Source: a virus
Lineage: Duplodnaviria > Caudoviricetes
IMG/VR virus record: IMGVR_UViG_3300034053_000043
Coordinates: 1 to 56,633 of that record
Strand: one strand, 5' to 3'
Length of the DNA stretch: 56,633 bases
Every line of letters starts with the position of its first letter. Positions within the stretch are counted from its first letter, which is position 1. Made by a program: the position numbers and the translations under genes. Positions 26,170-34,043 of the stretch are shown piece by piece. The notes beneath the pieces are model-generated. The model saw only the letters and a list, made by a program, of their open reading frames with translations, was not told the origin of the DNA and ran no database searches.

Positions 26170-26520
26170 CCGCTGGTGGATCGGCTGCGGGGGTGCGTGA
26201 CGATGAAGCACGAGACGGCCTTGATGCGCGATGCTGCCGATGCGCTTGCCGACCTGTGGCTTGAGCACCGCGCGCTGCTGGAGAAGCACAACAACCTTCA
26301 CATGAATGCATATCGGCTGCGCCGCGAGAACGAGACACTCCGACGCGGGCCTTGGATCGGCAGGTGCCAAGCATGCGGACACGAGCACGAAGTGCCGAAG
26401 GAAGAGGCGCGCTTACTGAGTGATGCGCTGCAGGCGCTGTGCCACTACCGAGCGCAGACGCGCCCGATTGCAGACTGCGACGCGGTGATTGATCGGCTGA
26501 GTGCCGTGCTTAGGGCCTAA
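26089..26520 (+). CDS. hypothetical cassette protein
   Basis: TAA stop inside GCCTAAC; N-terminus encoded by the attC. Confidence 0.7.
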   Translation: MTNEHPEARDGAQTAEPLALRSNDQLGPLVDRLRGCVTMKHETALMRDAADALADLWLEHRALLEKHNNLHMNAYRLRRENETLRRGPWIGRCQACGHEHEVPKEEARLLSDALQALCHYRAQTRPIADCDAVIDRLSAVLRA

Positions 26521-26551
26521 CACGTCGTTACCGCAACCATGAAAAGTCGCA
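26515..26551 (-). mobile_element. attI-like cassette entry site B
   Basis: - strand TGCGACTTTTCATGGTTGCGGTAACGACGT-GTTAGGC; no hairpin; near-identical to 4763-4795. Confidence 0.55.
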
Positions 26552-26901
26552 AGCGCAACCGTAGCCGCTGGGCACACGTCAACAACCCGGACGGGCTGCG
26601 TCGCCGCAGGGCCAAGGCCGACGCGCGCCGCGAGGCCATTGCCGCCACCCTGCCGCCTGCCTACGCACCACCCGTGCCACTGACCCACTGGCAGCGCATC
26701 GTGATCGACCTGTACGTGCCGACTGGCGGCCGATGCGACCAGCACGCGACGATGATCGACGACGAGCGGGTGGGCCTGCTGTCGGCGACGGAGATTGCGA
26801 CCAAGGTGCGCGCCCTGATCCGCAAGCGGCCCAGCGTGACGGCGCAGGCAGAGAGTCGGCGCGACGAGTGGCGCGAGGCGGCGCGCAGCCAGCTTGCATG
26901 A
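26539..26901 (+). CDS. hypothetical protein
   Basis: ATGA-coupled to the xis-like gene. Confidence 0.6.
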   Translation: MKSRKRNRSRWAHVNNPDGLRRRRAKADARREAIAATLPPAYAPPVPLTHWQRIVIDLYVPTGGRCDQHATMIDDERVGLLSATEIATKVRALIRKRPSVTAQAESRRDEWREAARSQLA

Positions 26902-27095
26902 TTGGAACATTGATGGAAGACCTAGCAGACATCCCCACAATCGCACGCATCCTGGGCGCGTCAGTCCGCACCGTGCGGGACCGCTACGTGCACGCGCCTG
27001 GCTTCCCGCCGCCTGCGATTGCGCCGAGTTCGCGCAAGCGCAAGTGGAAGATCAGTGAGGTGATGGGGTGGGCGAAGCCGAAGGAGAAGCCGTGA
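26898..27095 (+). CDS. AlpA-like excisionase / recombination directionality factor
   Basis: IARILGASVRTVRD...PGFPPP...KWKISEVMGW. Confidence 0.75.
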   Translation: MIGTLMEDLADIPTIARILGASVRTVRDRYVHAPGFPPPAIAPSSRKRKWKISEVMGWAKPKEKP

Positions 27096-27466
27096 GCGAC
27101 TACATCAAACAGCCTGACGTGCCGGGCCACCCAGAGCCGCACACCATGACGTGGAGCGAGATGGAGCTCGGCGCGCTGCATCTGTACGGGCGCGAGTGCT
27201 ATGAGGCCGGCAAGCAGGAGCAGCTCCGCATTGAGCAATCCGCCAGCCACCGGAACTGGATGCTGCTGGCTTTCCGTGCGCTGAACGACACCGATGGCGT
27301 GCTGCAAACCATCGTGCCAGAAAGTAGCTCCGAAGAACGAAAGCTCGCTGAACTGCGAGATCGCGTGCAGTCGCTTGCGATTCAGGTGCCGACGTTGCTC
27401 GGCATGACATACGCTGGTGCTGATAGCGCAGCGGCGCAGAGGGTCAATTTGAGGCGGGGGAGGTAA
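27092..27466 (+). CDS. hypothetical protein
   Basis: GTGA coupling, AAGGAG RBS. Confidence 0.65.
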   Translation: MSDYIKQPDVPGHPEPHTMTWSEMELGALHLYGRECYEAGKQEQLRIEQSASHRNWMLLAFRALNDTDGVLQTIVPESSSEERKLAELRDRVQSLAIQVPTLLGMTYAGADSAAAQRVNLRRGR

Positions 27467-27489
27467 AGAAACGAACGCGGCTGTTCCTC

Positions 27490-27514
27490 GGTCGGCTGCA
27501 CCGTAGGGTTAGAA
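27490..27514 (-). mobile_element. attC half-site
   Basis: + strand GCTGCACC-N5-GTTAGAA; GTTAGAACGCGC pairs 11/12 with GCGCGCTCTAAC at 27735. Confidence 0.55.
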
Positions 27515-27539
27515 CGCGCCATTGCTACGGAGAAAGACA

Positions 27540-27782
27540 ATGCACATTGAATGCTGTCCGCATTGCGGCGGGAGACTGAACGAGCCGGAAATCAAGCGCC
27601 CGGAAGGCTGCGTTTGTGACCACATGGAATGGGGCGATCCGTACAACCTGCCGCCCGTTTGCGACAAGTTCGAGGGCGACAAGATCGGCGGTAACTGCAC
27701 CCGCTGCGAGCACGATTACGAGTGCCACGCGGAAGCGCGCTCTAACGCCAAAGGCGAGGCACGGCAAGAACCGAAGGAGTGA
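27540..27782 (+). CDS. Cys-rich hypothetical protein
   Basis: GGAG RBS; several CxxC/CxH. Confidence 0.65.
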   Translation: MHIECCPHCGGRLNEPEIKRPEGCVCDHMEWGDPYNLPPVCDKFEGDKIGGNCTRCEHDYECHAEARSNAKGEARQEPKE

Positions 27783-27829
27783 ACATGGAACAGAAGCCAG
27801 AGGCCGTTGCCTCGACCGCCCAGTTGGGC
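27740..27829 (-). mobile_element. attC site
   Basis: + strand CTCTAAC-N6-GGCGAGG...CCTCGACC-N5-GTTGGGC. Confidence 0.8.
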
Positions 27830-27848
27830 CTGTAGCCGGAGCGTGACC

Positions 27849-28109
27849 ATGGCCGAATACCTACTGATTGCCGCCGCCCTGGTAGCCGCCATTGCTGCGG
27901 CTGTGCGCTGGTGGTTCTGGCGCGACTACAAAGCCAAACACGCCGACGCGCTGCTGTTCATGACGCACACACCGCACGCCTTCCAGTCGGGCAAGCTGCA
28001 CGACGGCAAGGTCATCACGCGGCTGGTGCAGGTGGCGCCGACCGCACTGGCGAACGGCGGCCGGGCGCCATGCTGGGAGGTGTATGGAAGGCCCAACGCC
28101 ACCCGATAA
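27849..28109 (+). CDS. membrane-anchored hypothetical protein
   Basis: GGAG RBS; N-terminal TM segment. Confidence 0.65.
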   Translation: MAEYLLIAAALVAAIAAAVRWWFWRDYKAKHADALLFMTHTPHAFQSGKLHDGKVITRLVQVAPTALANGGRAPCWEVYGRPNATR

Positions 28110-28145
28110 GCCGCCCGAAGGGTCGGCTTGATTGATCTGTTCGGC
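28091..28145 (-). mobile_element. attC site
   Basis: + strand GCCCAAC-N7-GATAAGC...GCTTGATT-N5-GTTCGGC. Confidence 0.8.
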
Positions 28146-28159
28146 CGGCGCCTCAACCA

Positions 28160-28387
28160 ATGGACAAAATGAGCAAGCAATTCAAACTGCCGAGCGGCAA
28201 ATTCACGGCGAGCACACGGCGATACCTGAGCGAGTGGAGGAAGCTCACGGATGCCGTTGAGCAGAGGTTAGGCGCTCGCGTGTATGCCTTCGATCCTGGC
28301 GTGGCCGTGAGCCTGCCTGATGGGCGCGGTGGGTGCTCTCTGCCGCTGTGGGTGGCGCAGAAGATCGCCGATCTGCCTACCGCCTAG
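28160..28387 (+). CDS. hypothetical protein
   Basis: Last early-operon ORF; overlaps the int 3' end. Confidence 0.6.
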   Translation: MDKMSKQFKLPSGKFTASTRRYLSEWRKLTDAVEQRLGARVYAFDPGVAVSLPDGRGGCSLPLWVAQKIADLPTA

Positions 28388-29390
28388 CCGCGAACTGCGC
28401 CGCAATGTCGGCGGCTGTGTCTCGGTAGTAGACCGCCAAAAGCAAGCTCAGATCCTTGTGGCCGCTGACGCGCGCGAGCTGCATCGGGTTCATGCGCCGA
28501 GACATGCTTGTCAGCGCAGTGCCGCGCGAGTCGTGATAGTGCGCGTCCGTCACCAGCGCCTGCTTCGACATCTTGCGGAACAGCGCATCTAGGCTTGACG
28601 GCGACAGGTGGATCAGCTTGTCATCAGTCGCGGCCACAAGCACGCCCAGCACCCGAGCGCCGGCCGGAGTCAGCGGCACCTGGCGCTTTCCGACAACCTC
28701 CAGCGTCTTGTGCTGCGTCAGCGTCACCACGCGCCGCTGCAAATCGACAGACTCGCGCGTCAGGCTCAGCACTTCGCCGGCCCTCATGGCGGTCCTCAGC
28801 GACACGAGAAAAGCCCACGCAACGGCCTGTAGGCCAGTCCTGGGTGGCTTGCCGCTGACGAACCCGCAGCGCCGCATGATGCGTCGAATCTCGCGCCAGC
28901 CGTAGAGCCGATCCCTGGGCGCGTTGTCGCCCGGCATCCTCAGAGCCCGCCACGGGCTTGGATCAGGCGTCCACCCCCATTCCTTGGCCGCAATCGTCCA
29001 GACGTTGCGCAGCGTGCCAATCTCACGCTGCACAGACCCCGGCGTGACGCGCTTGAGTCTTGCATCCCGCCATACGGCAAGATCCGCCGTCGTCACTTCG
29101 CTGATGATTTTGCCGGCAAGCGCGGGGTTGTCTCGCGCGAATGCTGCCAGGCGCAGACCCTCGGGCCTGGCACCGCGCTTTGTCGAGCTGACCTCGGCCA
29201 CGTATTTGTCGATGGCGTCGGCGACAGTCTTGCTCGGCCATCGACTCAGGGCGCCGGACAGGATCGCGGCCTCTTCCTGGGCCGCCCACTGGGTGGCGGC
29301 AGACTTGGTTGGCAGCGTGGCTGACTTGCGGACGCCTTTGCGCTCGATCTGGACTTGCCAGCCGTTGGGTGTCTTGCGGACGTGGGCCAC
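28377..29390 (-). CDS. int: phage tyrosine integrase (Rci/HP1-like)
   Basis: TAMRAGE, HYHDSR, SGHKD, YY catalytic residues; GTG start. Confidence 0.9.
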   Translation of the reverse strand: MAHVRKTPNGWQVQIERKGVRKSATLPTKSAATQWAAQEEAAILSGALSRWPSKTVADAIDKYVAEVSSTKRGARPEGLRLAAFARDNPALAGKIISEVTTADLAVWRDARLKRVTPGSVQREIGTLRNVWTIAAKEWGWTPDPSPWRALRMPGDNAPRDRLYGWREIRRIMRRCGFVSGKPPRTGLQAVAWAFLVSLRTAMRAGEVLSLTRESVDLQRRVVTLTQHKTLEVVGKRQVPLTPAGARVLGVLVAATDDKLIHLSPSSLDALFRKMSKQALVTDAHYHDSRGTALTSMSRRMNPMQLARVSGHKDLSLLLAVYYRDTAADIAAQFAARR

Positions 29391-29583
29391 TTCGGGATGC
29401 TCTAGGGATCTGGGCGGGATGCCGTCCCGATCATGCGTGACTTCGTGCGACGTTCTACATAGGTAAAGTGCGCTTGTGCGCGCTTTTGTTGGGGCGTATG
29501 CGTCACTGGTACTGGTGCACCCGGCCTGCACCGTATGTATTGTCAGCATTGAGGTTTTCGGCGCACTTCGGGATTTTCTAGGG
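29388..29583. promoter_or_regulatory. attP-like site
   Basis: Direct repeats CACTTCGGGATnnTCTAGGG (29388, 29564) flank GGTGCA-N7-TGCACC (29514-29532). Confidence 0.65.
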
Positions 29584-29699
29584 GCCGCGCCTACAATTAG
29601 CCCGAGGGTCAAGCGCAGCGCGCAGGGTTGGGGCTACCTGGCCGCCCTCGCCTACAGGCAGCTTACTGCATCCTGTGCCGGCAACACATACAATCGAGG

Positions 29700-30420
29700 C
29701 TCCCTAGCCGCGCGAGTGGTTGCCGGTGCTTAGCCCGATGACGCTTAATCGAGCCGATTCGCCCACGTAACGGGCGGCCATCACGCATGCGCTGCCGGGC
29801 AACGCGAAGCCCGAAGCCGGCACCCGTCGCGGGGTGACAAAGCCGGCATAGGCCCACCTCGGGCCGCAACAGCGCAGCCGTGAGGGCAAATGCGCAGGCT
29901 GCATGCGTCCATCATTTGATAAACTGTGCGCCGTCTTCCCGCAAGGGGCTTGTGAGACTCCCGCTTGCGGGAGCCGACCGGGCTGATCGCCGCCCTCTGT
30001 ACATGGCCACCACAGTCGAGCAATCGGCGCGTGGGGGTTCTTTTTTGGGATCGCCATAGGGCAAGCCGAGGGGTGTCCTGCCCCCTCTTTTGCATTCCGA
30101 TGTCGGATGCACTCGCTCGCGCGGGATGTTCGATTTCCGGGGCGCCCGTATCGTGGGCCGGACGACTGACACCTTGCTGCCCCGTTCCTGCGGTCCCCAT
30201 CCAAGGTCCGCGCGCCGACTTGCCAGTAAGCGCTTGTCTGTTTTGCGGTGGGGCCAACTATCGCCCGCTTCCTGTTGCGCCACATCAGTCGCCGCTCTGG
30301 CTGACCGGAAACGAGAAAGCCGTCAGGCTCGCCGCTTCCGTGGTACCAGCACGTTGCCCGTATGGGCCGAAGCAGCAAGCCTGACGGCTCGAAGATTCTC
30401 TGCCAATGCTGGTACCAATG
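29700..30420 (-). ncRNA. candidate structured non-coding RNA or leader
   Basis: No credible ORF; many hairpins; 12-bp stem 30318-29/30378-89; downstream of an extended -10. Confidence 0.4.
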
Positions 30421-30428
30421 GCAAGCGC

Positions 30429-30457
30429 ATTATAACAGACACTGGATGCACATACAG
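30429..30457 (-). promoter_or_regulatory. extended -10 promoter with LexA (SOS) box
   Basis: TGTTATAAT (30429-37) and CTGTATGTGCATCCAG (30442-57). Confidence 0.72.
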
Positions 30458-30505
30458 CAGAACCCGTGCTACGTGCGCGAATAGCATAAGATCACAGCTG
30501 TTCGA

Positions 30506-30970
30506 GTGAGCAGTAACTCTATGAGCGCGATAGTCCTGCAAAACCTGCACAAGGCCACTGCCGAGCTACACGAGGCCCGCGCAGAGCTTGCGCAAATTCG
30601 CGCCTATGCCGAAGCGCTGAATGCGCGCTGCATCGCTGATACGGATGATGCCGAGCGTTATCGGTGGCTAAGGGATCAGCACTGGAGCCGGGCACCGCTG
30701 GCCGTGGTGCGCGACCCGAAGGATGCCGTCAAGCTGGGCCACGAACTGCCGTCAGGATCGCGACTGGATGAGGCAATCGACGCGGCCATGTCTGTGCAGC
30801 GATGCTCATCGCTTTGCGCGCCTGGTGAGCCGTGCTCTGTGACGGCTGACGGCAAGTGTGATGCTGTGGCAAAGCCAAACTACGGACCTGTTTTGCCCAT
30901 GGACAAATCAACGCCCGTGCGATGGGGCGACGGTCTAAGCATCACTGTCGAAAAGTGGCCCGACTTGTAG
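30506..30970 (+). CDS. Ead/Ea22-like hypothetical protein
   Basis: DAERYRWLR...LDEAIDAAM motif. Confidence 0.65.
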   Translation: MSSNSMSAIVLQNLHKATAELHEARAELAQIRAYAEALNARCIADTDDAERYRWLRDQHWSRAPLAVVRDPKDAVKLGHELPSGSRLDEAIDAAMSVQRCSSLCAPGEPCSVTADGKCDAVAKPNYGPVLPMDKSTPVRWGDGLSITVEKWPDL

Positions 30971-31006
30971 GCCTAGCGCCGCAATGATCTGGCGCCCAGG
31001 TGATGT

Positions 31007-31249
31007 GTGATGCATGGGGCAAGCGATATGACGTATGACGACTGGCGCGAAAGCTACAGCGCGCACCCGATGTACAACGAGGCCATGGCTGAGGCCGCAT
31101 GGCGTGCGGCCACCGCAGCCGAGCGAGAGCGATGCGCCGGCCTGTGCGAAGGGGCCGCCGATGTTGTTGCCGCCACAAGCAAAGGCGTCACAGCGCAAAA
31201 GGCGCGCGAAACGGCCCTGTCCTGCGCCCGCGTGATACGCCTGCCCTAA
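31007..31249 (+). CDS. hypothetical protein
   Basis: AWRAA...ERERCA motif. Confidence 0.6.
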   Translation: MMHGASDMTYDDWRESYSAHPMYNEAMAEAAWRAATAAERERCAGLCEGAADVVAATSKGVTAQKARETALSCARVIRLP

Positions 31250-31406
31250 ACCGGCGCCAGCGGGACAATGATCCCGTGATGCGTGCGCGCGTACTGCTGC
31301 GCTTTTTCGTAGTCTGGGAAGTAGGCGGTGAACTGATGCCTGTCGCCGTAGAGCACTTTCCAGTCTGTCGCTTGCCGGGCTGACAGATCAACGGGCCGGG
31401 TGTCCA

Positions 31407-31682
31407 TCACATCGGCTCGGGCTTGCGCACAGCGGCGACAGGCACCACGCCCGCATCGCCGTCGAGAAACGCAACCGTGATTGTGTCGTCCGGCCGCAGC
31501 ACCCAGCAGCCGACGATCACCGGCTTGTGCAGCGGCACGTATTCGGCCTTGCGGGCAGGCCCGACGCAGATGCCGGGCTCACTGTGCAGCCGCAGCGACG
31601 CACCAGCGCTCAACTGCACGATGCCGACGACTTCGGCATGAGCACTAAACGCGGCGAACAGTGCAAGTACGCATGCCTTCAT
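31407..31682 (-). CDS. secreted hypothetical protein
   Basis: Signal peptide; AGGAG RBS. Confidence 0.65.
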   Translation of the reverse strand: MKACVLALFAAFSAHAEVVGIVQLSAGASLRLHSEPGICVGPARKAEYVPLHKPVIVGCWVLRPDDTITVAFLDGDAGVVPVAAVRKPEPM

Positions 31683-31717
31683 GGATCACTCCTATGTGTG
31701 GCTGGTTTGGACTTGAG

Positions 31718-32890
31718 TCACGGCGCTGGCGCCCTGTTGCGTGACGTGCTGGTGCCCCAGAAATAACCAGCAGCCCCGCCGACAACCAACGACACGATGG
31801 CCGTTGCGATGGCCGCTCGCACGTCGCTTGGCCAGGACTCGCCCCACAGCCCGACGACGCTGCCGACAACCATGTAGACCAGCGGCAGCAGCGCCAGCGT
31901 GACCCAGAATGACGGACTGTGCAGCATGTCGCCGGCAGCGGCAGCCGCTCGATCAGCCTTGCGCGCTCCGTCAATTCCGCCGCCTCCGACCTCCGTCAAC
32001 TGGAACCAGATCGCGTCGACTGCCTTGGTAGCAGTCGCCACCGCAGCCGGATCGGTTTGCAGGATCTGCACCGCCTCTTGTTCGGTCTTTGCGCCCAGCG
32101 AATCCTTGACGGCGCCGACAGCAAGCTCCACGGCCGCGAGATTGCGCTCGCTGACCTGAGATCCGCTGCCGAACAGCTTTCCCAGTTTGGGGATGGCTTC
32201 GATGATGGCTGGCAGTGCAGCGAGAAGGAACGGGGCCATGCGTGACCTCCATGTGTTTGTGGTTGGCTCAGGATCGGCCGCCACGGGGCCAGGATCGGCG
32301 ATAGCGGGCTTTTCCGGCTCGGGCAATGGTGTAGGCGCAGGCGCGACAGCAAGCGCCTGCTTTGCACGCTCCCAGCGAAATTGCCGGTCCCCGATCCCGT
32401 TGAGCCCGCCGTTGATGCGCTTGGTCAGTCCGACGAAATCGCCAGCGTCTGCAAGCCGATTGCACCCGTGCGCGGCCCACCAGTCGCATGCCGACCAAGC
32501 GGCCCACTTCGGCGACTCAAGCGCCTCGGGCGTGGCCTCGAAGTCAGGCGCCCCAAGCTGGGCCATGCGCTCTGCTGTGCGCCTGTAGTTGTCGCGCCCG
32601 GTAATCTGGATCAGGCCCCGGCCTTTGAAGCGCTCTCCGTCGCCTGGCTGGGTGTTGCCCAGGTCGGCCCGGCCCTCATACCGCGCCTGAGCCGGCGTCG
32701 GCCCCCACAGCTCGCGCGTGTGCCTGAAGCTGCCGCTCTCGTGCCCAATCTGGGCCAGGAGTGCAGCCAGCCGCTCGGGCGTGTCGATGCCGTAGTGACC
32801 GCAGGCAACGCTCAGGTGCTCGGCGTAGGTGTCGGCCAGATCCTGGCTACAGCCTACGGCCGCGCGCAGCAGGGCCGGTGTGATGGTCAC
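31718..32890 (-). CDS. GH19 endolysin fused to a membrane (holin-like) domain
   Basis: LAQIGHESG, FKGRGLIQITGR.NY, TKRINGG; Pro-rich linker; C-terminal TM helices. Confidence 0.88.
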   Translation of the reverse strand: MTITPALLRAAVGCSQDLADTYAEHLSVACGHYGIDTPERLAALLAQIGHESGSFRHTRELWGPTPAQARYEGRADLGNTQPGDGERFKGRGLIQITGRDNYRRTAERMAQLGAPDFEATPEALESPKWAAWSACDWWAAHGCNRLADAGDFVGLTKRINGGLNGIGDRQFRWERAKQALAVAPAPTPLPEPEKPAIADPGPVAADPEPTTNTWRSRMAPFLLAALPAIIEAIPKLGKLFGSGSQVSERNLAAVELAVGAVKDSLGAKTEQEAVQILQTDPAAVATATKAVDAIWFQLTEVGGGGIDGARKADRAAAAAGDMLHSPSFWVTLALLPLVYMVVGSVVGLWGESWPSDVRAAIATAIVSLVVGGAAGYFWGTSTSRNRAPAP

Positions 32891-33135
32891 GTCAGCTCGC
32901 CTCGGTCTGTGTCCTGCATCGATTGCAGCCTGACTCGCTCAGCCTCTCGCCGCATGTCGCGCCGCAGCCGCCACAAGTAGCCGACCGCCTGCAAGCCGAT
33001 GAAAGCGATGCCAACAACGCCTAGCCACTTTTCAACTGTTAGCCCTGCGAGCCATGTCATGATCGCGGCCAGTGATGGCGCCGATTGCCATGCGCTGGTG
33101 ACTGCTTCTGTGCGCTGATCCTGTGTCATCGGCAT
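32887..33135 (-). CDS. putative holin
   Basis: Small TM protein with a charged tail, upstream of the endolysin. Confidence 0.55.
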   Translation of the reverse strand: MPMTQDQRTEAVTSAWQSAPSLAAIMTWLAGLTVEKWLGVVGIAFIGLQAVGYLWRLRRDMRREAERVRLQSMQDTDRGELT

Positions 33136-33138
33136 CCC

Positions 33139-33798
33139 TTAAACCAGCCGGCCATTTCGGCACCAGACGCGAACGTCTCGCGCCCCCAATCTCACGACGG
33201 CGCTTGCGCCCTCCGGCAGACGCGGGCCGGCATAGACTGCCGTCAGCCCGTCTCGCCGCACCGTGGCGCGCCCGCAGCCTGGCGCGGCAACCGGGGTCGG
33301 AGCGCTTGCTGGAGGCGCCGCCGACGCTGGCGCGACCGGCTCGGCAGCGACCTGGACGCACGACGAATGGGCGACAGTGCGGACGCCATCGTCGCAGCGC
33401 TCTACCAGCACGCCCATCGTCGGACCGTCACCCTGCCGCCAGACGCCATAGGTGCCGTGCAGCAGGACGCGGTTCAAGCGCTGATCGTCGACGCCGGAGT
33501 AGCCGCGAGCGCTGGCCGTGGTGCAGGTATTGCCATTGGCCATCCACTCGCGCGGCTTGCTGTCGCCGATGCAGGGCCGATTGCACTGCACCCAGTTGCC
33601 TCGCTCGTCAACCCGCTGGCCAGGATACGCTCCGCGCACGACGGCGCGCGATAGCGGGTCGAGCCCGACGCCCTCGGCGCCGCATGCGGTGCCCGGTGTG
33701 GCTGGCGTGCCAGGCGGCATCATTGACTGAGCCCAGGCGGATGGGGACAGCAAGGCGGCCAGAATGAGCGCCAGTGCGGCGCGGGCTGCGTGTTTCAT
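33139..33798 (-). CDS. secreted Cys-containing hypothetical protein
   Basis: Signal peptide; GAGG RBS. Confidence 0.6.
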   Translation of the reverse strand: MKHAARAALALILAALLSPSAWAQSMMPPGTPATPGTACGAEGVGLDPLSRAVVRGAYPGQRVDERGNWVQCNRPCIGDSKPREWMANGNTCTTASARGYSGVDDQRLNRVLLHGTYGVWRQGDGPTMGVLVERCDDGVRTVAHSSCVQVAAEPVAPASAAPPASAPTPVAAPGCGRATVRRDGLTAVYAGPRLPEGASAVVRLGARDVRVWCRNGRLV

Positions 33799-34043
33799 GG
33801 TTGCCTCATTTCAGGGGGGAGGTGGATGCGCTGGCGCTCCTTTTCGTAGGCTCGCCTGCAATGCTCTGGGCCTTGCCACGCAAACAGCAGGTCGATTACC
33901 GGCCGCCAGAACCTGCCCCAGGGCTTGCCGTCACGGTCTGTCCGGTAGGCGCGGCTCGATAACGTTTCATCGGCGTACCCTCCAGTCAGAGCGTTGAGTT
34001 GCTGGTCAAACGCCAGCCCGTTCTGTAGCAGCCAGCGCCGCAT
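33795..34043 (-). CDS. conserved phage protein
   Basis: DQQLNALTGG.ADETLSSRAYR...HC..AY motif. Confidence 0.75.
   Translation of the reverse strand: MRRWLLQNGLAFDQQLNALTGGYADETLSSRAYRTDRDGKPWGRFWRPVIDLLFAWQGPEHCRRAYEKERQRIHLPPEMRQP

Noticed and set aside
22129-28145. Intergenic hairpins as intrinsic terminators, REP elements or CRISPR repeats
   Set aside because: No T tracts, divergent sequences, gene-sized spacing, and conserved R/L box geometry fit attC instead
28377-29390. Integrase next to the attC array as an integron integrase (IntI)
   Set aside because: No IntI-specific insertion is visible between the catalytic boxes. It has an Rci/HP1-like phage N-terminus, an attP-like site and an AlpA-like xis. 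Activity on attC is not formally excluded.
29505-29535. tRNA gene
   Set aside because: Only a possible 3'-end fragment with no cloverleaf; no tRNA, rRNA or CRISPR array was recognised anywhere in the window
29704-30384. ORFs of 123-224 aa in the track
   Set aside because: Arg/Pro/Ser-rich composition, no clear RBS, and mutually overlapping frames; a short real peptide cannot be excluded
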